NCBI GenBank assembly: GCA_900088475.1
Contig: FLMG01002556.1
Location: forward strand, 1-46,174
From: Hyphochytrium catenoides
Lineage: Eukaryota; Protista; Hyphochytriomycota
Reading direction: 5' to 3'
DNA length: 46,174 bases
In this document: piece after piece, positions 35,991-46,174 of the stretch
Layout of the letters: the number at the start of each line of letters is the position of its first letter
How positions within the stretch are numbered: position 1 is the first letter of the stretch
Notes under the pieces: generated by a model
What the model saw: only the letters and a program-made list of their open reading frames with translations
Told to the model about the DNA's origin: nothing
Database searches by the model: none
Program-made: the position numbers and the translations under genes

Positions 35991-38675
35991 GACACCCTTC
36001 TATCTGCTCCTCGCGTGACCTCGTTTCGATAGTGTTTGTCATTCCTTAAAGTTCCCTTCCATCCTATCCTCTCCTCCTGAAAAGAGTTATAGCCGCTGTC
36101 AGCCATCTCGCCGTCTTTCTTCGCTAATGGTCAGCTGATCATATTATGTATCCATATGACAGCGCCTCAAGAGCAAGTTTATAGCAATGTCGCTGACTGC
36201 GTAGTAGCAGTGGTCCAAGGGTTTAATAGCACGCTTTTTGCTTACGGGCAGACAGGAAGGTACATCATTTTGAACTAGCAGATCAACCAGCTTTGGTTAC
36301 GTTTCTGGTCCCCTTCAGGCGTCAGTGTTTGTAGGTGCTACATCCCTGGAATCTCGATCTCCCTTTCCTATGCTATCCTTTTCCCGGATGCTATACCCTG
36401 CTGCTCTGGCTGGTTCGTCTACTAACCTTCCTCGGCCCTCGTTCGCTTATCTGTGCTCTTTATCTCCGTAAAGTGGGAAGAGTCACACGATGTTTGGACC
36501 AGACGAAGCGATAGATAAGCTGGCCTCAGGAGCGATACACTCTGGTGCCGGTATCATCCCTAGAATGGTGAAGGAGCTGTTTAATAGCGTACGGAAGTAT
36601 GAGCTGGAAGAGGGAGACAGGGTAAGTTGTGGCCCACCTATCCCTGAACAATGGCAAGGCAGTAGCTACGGGATGTCTGCCTCGCTGGTCTCTTCATCGC
36701 ATCCTCTATCCTCTTGATTCTATCTCTGTCTCTCTCTCTCTCTTTCTCTCCCACTCTCCCTCCGCCTATTCCTCTCTTTCTCGCTCTCTTTTTCTCACTC
36801 TTTATCCTCCAATATACCTCTACGTCCTCTAATTATTCTGTTTTCTCCAACTTCCCACTCCTAACTGGGATGAGTAGATCGCGGTCTACTGCTCGTTCGC
36901 TCAGCTATACAATGAGAACCTCTTTGACCTGCTACGAGACGCACGAATGCAAACTCCACTTTCCATCCATGAGGATTCTAGACATGGCATATATGTAGAA
37001 GGGCTGTCTGAGTTCCACGTGAAGAATGCGACGGAATGTCTGCAGTTGCTCCGGACAGGAGAAGAGAATAGAGCGATCAGATCTACTCATATGAACCAGG
37101 TAATCAAACGAGCTGGACAAGGAAGACTTGGAACTCTTCTCTTGTCTACCTCTAGGTTCCTTGTGCTTGTGCCCTCTTCGTAAGAAGCCCTTACTTGTCG
37201 TTATTCGAGGTCAACGACTGCGCTGCCCGTAAAATACTGGCTTCTAGTGTCTGTCGGCAGCGCCTGCAAGAATCGCTCTTGCTTCCCGTGTGTGCTTCTC
37301 ACTCTCAACTTCCTCTCGTTAGGCCTCTAGTCGCAGTCACAGCATGTTCCAATTACTATTGGAAAGAACGAGGAAAGCTGACGGCGTCCTCGTCCGTTCC
37401 AAGCTTAATCTCGTGGACTTGGCAGGATCAGAGAAGTGGAATTCTAAGGAGTACATGGATCAAGTGCACATCAACGAAATGACCAACATCAACCTCTCTC
37501 TTCATACCCTAGGCAGATGTATTGCAGCTCTTTCCACACCACCCTCGGAGAGAAAGAGAGAGGGCTCTCTTCCTTCTAGCACGCCCTTCGTTCCATATAG
37601 AGACAGCAAGCTGACCCGCCTATTGCAGGACAGCCTAGGAGGCAATGCCAAAACAAGAGTGATATGCTGCCTCTCGCCCTCCCCAGACTGCGTTGAGGAG
37701 TCCGTGAACACGCTGCGATTTGCCGATAGAGCGAGAGAGGTGATGGTTTATGCCAAGCTCAACGAACAGAGACCCATAGACATGGAGTATGTAGGGCGCT
37801 TGGAGAGAGAGAACACTGCTCTTAAAAAAGTCATTGCACGGCTAACGAGCCAGGACAAAAAGTATGAGGGAGAAGCTGGTGTACCGACAGGCTCTCTATT
37901 CCAGCTCGAGAAGGGGACGTTTTCAAGCGGTGAAGGCTCGAAGCAACTCAACTCGGACGGGGAAAGAGGAGCTCAACTAGAGGTGGAGCTCATGAAGTTA
38001 AGAGAAGAGAATGCCACGCTTGCATCCGAGGTTCAGCAGCTGCGGCACAGCAGAAAGGATGTACATCCTATGCCACTTGAGCAAGCGCAGGCCCGTGTGC
38101 AAATAACTCCCTACGAACTGTCGGAGCTTCAAAATGCCAAGGAAGGGCTTAAGAGGCTCCTGGATGCCGCAGAAAAGTTCTTTGCCTTTCAAATAGAAGA
38201 GGACGAACTTCGAACCTTTGTGTCCGAAATGGCTAAAGAGCTGAAGAGTCAATCTTTATCGCCCTCCAGACGAGGAGAAGGGCAGGTCGCACCTCTTATG
38301 ACGAAGCTCAGGGGTAAGACTGGGGCTCAATCACCATCACTTTCCTTCCGCGTTAGAGGGAAAGCGGCTCAAGAAGAGATCACTCCCGCTTCAACAGTCA
38401 CAGAAGAGGAAGAGCACAGATTGCAAGAAGAGATGAGGAAAGCCAAAACGAAGTTAAAGAAACAGCTACAGCTTCAACAATGGCTAAAGGAGAAGGAAGA
38501 GAAGGAGCTTGCTAAGATCAAAGCCACGGAGGAAGCAATAGCGGCACAAATGAAGGTCAAGGAGGAGGAAGATAGAAAGTTCAGACAAAAAGCGGAACAG
38601 ACAAAGAAGAAGTTAGAGCTCATGAAGGCGCAATCCGAGGGCTCGGCGCCTGGGCTCTCTCCACCTGACACATAA
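35540..38675 (+). CDS. Kinesin with N-terminal motor domain and C-terminal coiled coils, multi-exon
   Basis: ENIKVLVRVRP; FAYGQTGS|GKSHTMFG (P-loop split by an intron); QLYNENLFDLL; NQ|ASSRSHSMF; LVDLAGSE; VPYRDSKLTRLLQDSLGGNAKT. The subfamily cannot be assigned by eye. Confidence 0.96.
35955..35990. repeat. (GA)n microsatellite in kinesin intron 1
   Basis: Read directly from the sequence. Confidence 0.9.
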
Positions 38676-38757
38676 TAAGTTAGCTCTGACATATGTAGAA
38701 GTCTCTCCTTCTGTACTTTAGAAATAAATACTAAAGACATTGCGTCGTCAAACTAGT

Positions 38758-41700
38758 TTACACAGTTCCATCTCTCGCTTGACTCTCTTCGTCGCTATGG
38801 CTATTTACACCAGGTGCCTCTTCTGCCTCGACACATCCCTCATGGAAATGAAGGGAAGGTGGAGAGCTCAGCTTCCTTTCTATGACGTCTGTCGATAAGG
38901 TTACGCTCTTCAAAGAAGGCGGAGAACTCATGTTTCTCCTCTGTTTTGCCTGCAAAGCGGCGCCAAGGGCAAGGTGGAGATCTCGCAACACTATGCCGGG
39001 AGAGGCAACCACAGGTTCTCTTGCTCCAACTTCACCTGCCACAGAACCATTTGCCTCGCTCGAGGGGGACGCCGCAGACAAGGAAAGAGGACTGCTGTTG
39101 TGGTCATCACTTGCAAATGACTCACTGCTGGAGGTTCTTCCTCTAGCTGAAAGAGGTCTTCTTCTCACTCTCCGCTTACGAGGTGGGGACGATATATTGG
39201 ACCTCGTACTGCGTGGCATGAAAACAATACACCTTAGTGACTATGCGACGATCGAACGTCTGACGAGAAGCCTATTGTGCGCTTACCCATAGTCAGCCGA
39301 GCCACGAAGTCCGTGCTCTGTAGATGTATCCTCTAAAACCGTCTCCAACATCTCCTTCCGCTTCTCCTCAACTCGCTTGATTCTGATCTTTGCTATGATN
39401 NNNNNNNNNNNNNNNNNNNNNNNNNNNNNNNNNNNNNNNNNNNNNNGTAGAGATTATGTCCACAACACAGCACAAGAAGGTGTGACAACGTGCCACACAC
39501 CTTGAGCGAGACAAAGTCCTTGACCGCATTTTCCTTCTCTCTGGCTCCTGCAGCAGTCTTCAATTGCTTCTGCACCAACTTTTGCCGATCCTCCTCCCTT
39601 CGCTTCTTCTTTTCTTCCGCAATCCGTTTTCTTTCGTTCTCCCTGCAGCAGCAAAGTTTAGCCCGTATACTGTACACTGTATCGAAAGAGACATTTTGAT
39701 GGCAAGGGAGGTGTCGCGGACCATGTCAATTGTATATACTAAAACGTATTCCACAGAGAGAAAAAGACTTAAGTCTTATGAGAGGAGAGCAAATCAGCTT
39801 AGATAATAGAGCAGCGACTAGAACCTGTCACAGGCATGGATCATTTGGTTAAAGGAGGAGAGTGCCGTGAAGAATTGGTCAGGACTGTTGTTGGGGTTAT
39901 CAGGGTTCTCTCCAAAGCGCGCTGAAGTCTCCCTAAAGTCCTTGTTGACGGACTCCATCTCTGTCTCCAGCTCCTCGACAACTCCCATCGCACGGTCAGA
40001 GATGGGACCTAAACATTGACAAGATATCGGGTAGATGGAACAATATAAGAAAAAAGTCACCCAGAGGAAACCCTGTGAAGCGGCCAGTGTGTTCAAAATA
40101 GGGTCCATACCTAAGACTTCGACAAACTTGTCATTCTCTTCTTTCTGGGACAACTTCCGTGCTTCCTCAACTTCGCGACACATAAGACCGGCGCCCTTGC
40201 GAATGTGATCCAACCCAGCCTAGGGAGGGAAAAGGTTTAAGGTCTTTCAAGCACTCGACACGTAAATGAAAACGGGCATTAGTGCATGGGCGAAGAGAAC
40301 GTGTAAAACCAAATAGAAAACAAGGGGCGCGGCCTGTTATGGTTATGTGCCACTAAAGAGTCACAGTAAGGAGACTACAGTATGCATGGTGGCTTCATCT
40401 TACTCTCATCGTTTGGTTGGTAATGTTGGCGGCCTGCTCCATGCTAGGTAGGTCTTCATGGAACCGGAGAAGATCTGGATCCTTTTCCCTTATTTGCTGA
40501 GAAATGAAGTGAAGCAGGGTCATGCTGTTGTCCGATGCTTTCACCTGGTGGCATTATACCATTAGACGCCAAAATTGAAGGCAAGGGAGTTGAAAGAGAT
40601 TCTCGGTGAATGCAAAGGCTCATGAGATAGAAGGCTGCAGAATCGAGAAGAGAAGCACCAACGCGAAGAGGACACCATGGCTGGCCTCTTTTTGCAGTCA
40701 TTGGGCAGACTGACACCACGAGCGGCCCTGAAAGCTGAACCTACTGCCATTTAGGTCTGCACCCTACCTGAGTCAGCTTGATAAGGATGCTAATGCGAAA
40801 GCCTTTGGCGCTTCCCCTAGCAGTCCCCTCGTTCATGGCGTTTCCCAAGGTGAGGACGATGAGAAGAATCTTCTTAAGTCGGTCGGAGGTATTCAGCTCG
40901 CGGCAGGCTGAGTTTATTAGCGCCATTAGTCGCTTTTGCTCCTGAAGGCCACAAACGTGAGGAAGAGGACAACCGGAAGAGAGTGTGTAAGGAGAAAGTA
41001 TTAAGCTTGCCTATGGATTCACTACAGACTACTGACCTCTACACTGCTATCGAACGTCTGGGCTGCCAACATGGCCTGCAATCTGAAAGAGTAGCGCGGA
41101 ACACTGATGACCTGTAGAAAGAATTTCTCCACATCCCCCAGCTTCCCGCTATCTCCACCTCCCGACTCATAGTCTTTAATTGCTGAGATCTCTCCATCGG
41201 TCGGAGCGTAGCCGACTAGCGCTTGCAGCTTCTCCGGTCCCAGCACAGAAGTATCTACTCTAAGAACAGCCTAAGGGCATTAAGTTGAGGCTATTAGCGG
41301 GCCGTGGCTAGAAGTAAGTAGAGCTGAAGAGGGGTGATGCCCAGCAGCCACACAAAGCTAGGCCTGAAGCAAAAGACACCAGAGAATGGCCTTTCTGCCA
41401 TAAGGAGCTGCCCGTGGCGTGGGTAAGCCGCCTTGTGATAACCTCTTACTGGTCTGGAAGAGCAGGTGGAAAGAGCAGGGAAGCAGCTGGATACGGAGGC
41501 GAGAGATAAATCTCTCACCTTCCTGATCTCGTCGTAAGGAAGTCTAAATCGTGCCAGGATAATCCCTATATTGTATGCTCTCTTCATCTCGACAAGTTGG
41601 ACAACTTTGGGCTGTCAGAAATGCTTTAGCAACATCCACAGTTTGACAAGAAACCGTATAAGCACCTCCTCCTTCTTCTTCTTGGCTGGAGCAGGGGCTT

Positions 41701-44700
41701 GAACCGCCTTCGCAGGCTGCATTGCAAACTTCTTCTCCAGCTGGCTGAGATCCAATTCTATTGCGTCTGACCCTGGAATAAAGAGAGTGAGACTAAGCGA
41801 CAAAACAGTTGAATTATAAAGAGCTACGGGGTAAGGGGCATTCCCAGTGATTCTTGCCCTACCATACACCAAAGTTGGTGAGTCACAAATAGCGGATGCC
41901 AGGGTAGTTAAGTGAAAGAAAGCACTGGCGGTGGACATGGGGGAGATTGTGATGTTTCTACCTATCTCATTCCAAATGGTGCTTTCTATCTTGCTCTCCT
42001 CCACTTTCTCCCAGTAAAGTGCTCGCATTTTCGGTTTGGGCTTGACTAGAGGCTTGGCGGCCTCAGTAACAACAACCCCTAGAAAGATGGGAGAAAGTAC
42101 GATGTTGGCACAGCAACGAGCAACTCTAGTTGGGACAACTTACAACGTTTGTTAGATTACAAGTGACAGGGTTCGAGGGGATGTAGGTTAGGCGACACAA
42201 GAAATAACTACCATTTTGTTTAGGCAAGAAGGAGTCAGGCGTATGGATTAGCTCAGGGTTGAGTCCTTCCGCCTGCATTTTGACCTTAACGTGCACTTCA
42301 GGAATCCCCATTTTTAGGAGCTTAAAGTACTTTTGATAAGAAGGATCATCTTTCACTTTGATTCTTCCCTCTTCTTCCTTCTCCTCTGCCTTGGAGCCTG
42401 CTTTGGACGACAGGTCAGATACCGGAACCAGACATAGCTGGAGATGCGCGAAGCGGTTCAACGCAGTCAGTGGAACTGAGATTCTAAACCAAGCGACAGA
42501 AATACGCAAAAGGCCGTCTTGGTATGCCAAACAGGGTCGTCATTCCAAAGTAGTAGTCTCGGAGAAGTTACTTAGAGATATCTTGGCATCAGGAGTGTCT
42601 AACAGCTCCGGCTTCAGTCCTTCCGCTTGCATCTTGAGTTTTAAGTGATCCGGAGGCATCCCAAGCTTCAATAACTTAAAGTACTTGGTGTAGGAGGGAT
42701 GGTCACAGGCAGGTACTCCTTCCTCCTTGACTTCCTCTTCCTTGTCCTCGTCGTCTAGTAAGTAAGGGGACATCATGAGACCAGGAGTTATACTGCGAAG
42801 GTCTTACCAATCTAAGTAAGAAAAGTTAAATATAGGACATAAGGCGACTTAGGTGCACCAAAGAGGTACAGCACAGCACAATCGTCTTCAGCGGCATGGC
42901 TAGCTACCCTCGACCCTCGTTTCCAGTACCTGGTGGAAGAGGAGCGTCCGGCGTCTCGAGTAGCTCAGGCTTTAGGCCCTCTGACTGCATCTTTAGCTGC
43001 AGCTGCTCAACGGGCATTCCCAGCTCTTTCAGTTTCAAGTACTTCGCATAGCGAGGGTCGGACCGGACGGAAGGGCCCGCAGTGGAGGACGGAGGGGAGC
43101 CTGAGAGTTTAAGTTATAGCAACGTCAAGCTAACTACAGAGCAAAAGTAGACCGAACGACCTCTGTAAGCTTTAGAAAAAGAAGGGCGACAGTTGGATGA
43201 ATGCTCTGAACCCTATCAAGATAACGGACTTGTGAAGAGAACTAAAAAGAAGGTCCTACCTCGTCCCTCTCCTTTCATGATGGCTTCAGGTGCGTCCAAG
43301 AGTTCCGGATCCAAACCTTCGGCTTGCATCTTAAGCTTCAGATGCTGCGCTGGCATTCCCATAGATAACAACTTGAAGTACTTCGAATACTGAGGATGAT
43401 CTCGAACTGGAAAGTAGGGTAGTCGAGAATAAAGGCCGAGGACGTCAGGAGCTATCCTTTCACATCTGATGATGGACTCGACCACCACTAGAGTCATAGA
43501 ATAGTGCCAAAGCCTACCAGATATGCCCTTGCCCTCCTTGTCTTGTTCCGACTCTTCCTGGAATGTCAAGTCACTCTCGGTCTCTTCTAGGACTTCGGGA
43601 TCAAGACCCTCAGCTTTCATCTTGAGCTTCAAGTTTTCTTTGGGTAAACCCATCTTTAGCAACTTGAAATATTTTTGGTAGGCGGGGGAAACCACTGGGA
43701 GAAGGACCAATAACGAGAGACAAGAGGAAGAACCGTTTAAAAGAGCAAGGGTAAAGTCCAAGTTAGAGCACGTAAATTTAGATTGTTCCTTTACCCTCCT
43801 TTCTGGCTGTCGATAGCATTCCCAGAACAGGGAAGTCCAATGATAAAGGTTTAGTCCTCGGCCTCCTGGCTATTATCCTTATCTTTTTGCTCAGCTCACT
43901 TAGTAGGTTGACCTTCCCTTCTTAAAAGCTCCCTACACCCTCAGAACACCGCAGCCCTACCTTTGCCTTTCGGCTGTTCCTGGGGCGTTCGAAAAGACTC
44001 GCCTTCCAAGGTCACCATCGAATCGGGCATATCTAAGGTTGGCATCACCAGGTAAACTCATCAAAATAAACTCCCATCACAAGAGAAGTGATGATAGGCA
44101 AAAAGCATGAACGAGGTGTTCAGAAGAGGAATGAGACAAGTCTCCAGAGGGCAAGTACCAAGCAGATTAGGCTCCAATCCTTCCGCTTGCATTTTTAGCT
44201 TCAGTGGTTCTAATGGCATTCCCATCTTCTTGAGCTTAAAGTACTTCTCATAAGAAGGATGTTCTCTTACTGGGACTGCGAGCAGGAGGAAGAGGATAGA
44301 CCGCACAACCAAAAGCTATTAGGTAACAGATGAACTCAAAAGCTCAATCTCAAGAGACGTAAAGATGAAAGGAGGAAGACAAGCCAAAGCTTAGCCTCTC
44401 CTATACCCTTCTTCTAAAATCTAAGGCCCAATATAGCAAGCGAATGTCATAGCTCCATCGAATCCCTATTCTGGTGTGCCCTTTCTTACCCTGACGCGCA
44501 GCTTCGAAAGTAATTCCTTCTTTCACCATCCTATCCAGGTCAGACTCCTTGCTCTTATTCACTTTCAAAGCTGCCTGTCGAAATAGCAGGTGTGGGTCAC
44601 TGTCTGGATGGTCCTTGCAGAAAGCAAGGAATTTGTCCCTGATCCTCAAAAGCAACTTTCGGTCTACAGAAGGTAAGAAAGGCAGGTGAGACTGTGATGA

Positions 44701-46174
44701 CAAGAATGACGAGGCAAGCCAACAGCTGACAAGTGGGAGTCAAAGTGGGTCGAGTGCTGAAAGGGGAGAGTGGAAGAACCTTCCAATATACCTTCAAACG
44801 TGAGCCTATAGTTCTCAGTTTCCTCTATTGGTGTGATGACAGAGATTTCTCTTATTGTGCGCTCAGCTAGTGACCAAAGGGCTTTTCCCAAAGGAATATC
44901 TGGGGCAAGAAACAGAAGATGTTGTAGGATTGACGTAAAGCAGTCCGACACGTCTTGGTCCTTCTTCACATTGAACTAGGTGAACGTAAGCGGTAGTGAG
45001 TTGTGATTAGCTCGACATGACGTCGTCAAAGAGTCGCACCTGCAGCTCCTTAAATATGCTCTGTGGATCCGAGAGGTCCGTTTTATCGTATAGTGTGTCC
45101 TCTCTGTCTTCAGACATAAACGAATTGAAGATCTCCAGTTGCTTTTCCATGGTCTCATACTGCAGGAGAATATCCGGGTACTCTGCCCCAAAACCTGCAA
45201 TCTAATGGACGTCTTAGTGATCTGGTGTGCTGCGTCTTGGCCCTTGGACATCCTCCAACCTTTTGTTTCACCTCCTGGTAGAACTCTCCAATACCCAGAA
45301 GAAGAAAATCGTTTCGTATTGAGACTCTTTCTTCCAGCTCGCCAGCAGCATTGACCAATATGTTGATGAAGGTCATGATGTCAGTCCGGAACTCCATGGG
45401 ATATCTAAAGGTTTAAGAAGATACCAGTTAAAAGAAGTTCCAGAGGAGTCGGGAAAAGAAGGCAAGAGGGCGGGTTCTGGTTGAGGGAGAATGGGCCAAA
45501 TGACACGGAGGCACAGATCGTCAATGAGGATGTTGCTAAGGGTGAGGGTACAACTAAGAACCCGCGTGGAAAGTGTTCAAGGGTGCAACAATGCGTTAGA
45601 CTTAGGCTACCTGGAGGACCGCAGCGCCTCCATTAGAGACGCAAAGCGCACAGCTTCCCCCTTGACCTCCTTGTAGTGGGTGAAGCTAACGCAATGTAGT
45701 TAGGAGACTCACTCTGTTCACCGAAGGTTTCAGAATGAAGAAGGCGGACCAGTATGAAATGTGACTCTTTTTGAACACTATAAAGACTAAGGGTTTAATC
45801 AAGATCGTCGGATTCGACCAGCTTCGGCACATTAATCAAAAGAAGAAAAGGTATCATAGGTGTCGAGTCTGCCGTCTAAGGATGACCATTTACCTCTCGA
45901 CGACGACGTCATGACCAGCTTGGTTATTATAGCAAACAATCCCAAGCAGTCGTAGTGTCAAGGTACGGAGGTCCATCTCATTTGAATGGAAGCACAGCGT
46001 CACTCGCTGCACGAAGCCTGTCACAGAGCATATCTGTCAATATGGCGACCGTCTCACCGCTCTGCTGTTAGAACCTGCCCCAATTTTGTTTGCAGTACCT
46101 GGAAGATCGGTAATGGCATCGATGCCATCAGGAAACTGACATATGACCATAAGGATGTGCAAGACTTTTAAGGC
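38758..46174 (-). CDS. Formin (GBD/FH3 - six CCDC53-like repeats - FH2 - tail), 5' partial
   Basis: GBD/FH3: LRLLGIVCYNNQAGHDVVVE, EFRTDIMTFINILVN...ERVSIRNDFLLLGI. FH2: MRALYWEKV, KRAYNIGIILARF, VEKFFLQVISVPRYSFRL, LKKILLIVLTLGNAMNEGTARGSAKGFRISILIKL, VKASDNSMTLLHFI, RFGENP...PDQFFTALSSF. The last exon ends at 38758. Confidence 0.93.
39400..39446. other. Assembly gap in the 3' part of the formin gene
   Basis: Run of N characters. Confidence 1.
42212..44277 (-). repeat. Six exon-encoded protein repeats, consensus [DH]PxYxKYFKLLKMGMPxxxLKLKMQAEGLxPELLxxP (CCDC53/WASHC3 C-terminal-like)
   Basis: Copies at approximately 44160-44277, 43520-43695, 43260-43408, 42930-43101, 42570-42756 and 42212-42400. 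Confidence 0.92.

Overview
Intron-rich, gene-dense eukaryotic DNA with GT-AG introns, standard genetic code and three scaffold gaps; probably a flagellated protist such as a stramenopile (inference only). The ORF track mostly shows exon fragments. Genes in order: RINT1/TIP20 tether (+); an uncharacterised PH-like/coiled-coil gene (-); a coiled-coil gene with a perilipin-like segment (-); a ~13 kb neurobeachin-type BEACH-WD40 gene that appears to splice in frame into an ELMO (Arf/Arl-GAP) domain and a DPF/clathrin-box tail (-); an SCP/Psr1-type CTD phosphatase (-) divergent from a stand-alone trehalose-6-phosphate phosphatase (+); an ARL13-type GTPase with three B-box-like zinc-finger repeats (-, 5' end lost at a gap); a kinesin (+); and a GBD/FH3-FH2 formin (-, 5' end outside the window) whose FH1 position holds six CCDC53/WASHC3-like repeats on phase-1 exons. 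The most notable items are the BEACH-ELMO fusion, the formin repeat cassette and the ARL13 zinc-finger tail. All gene models are hand-spliced and boundaries are approximate.
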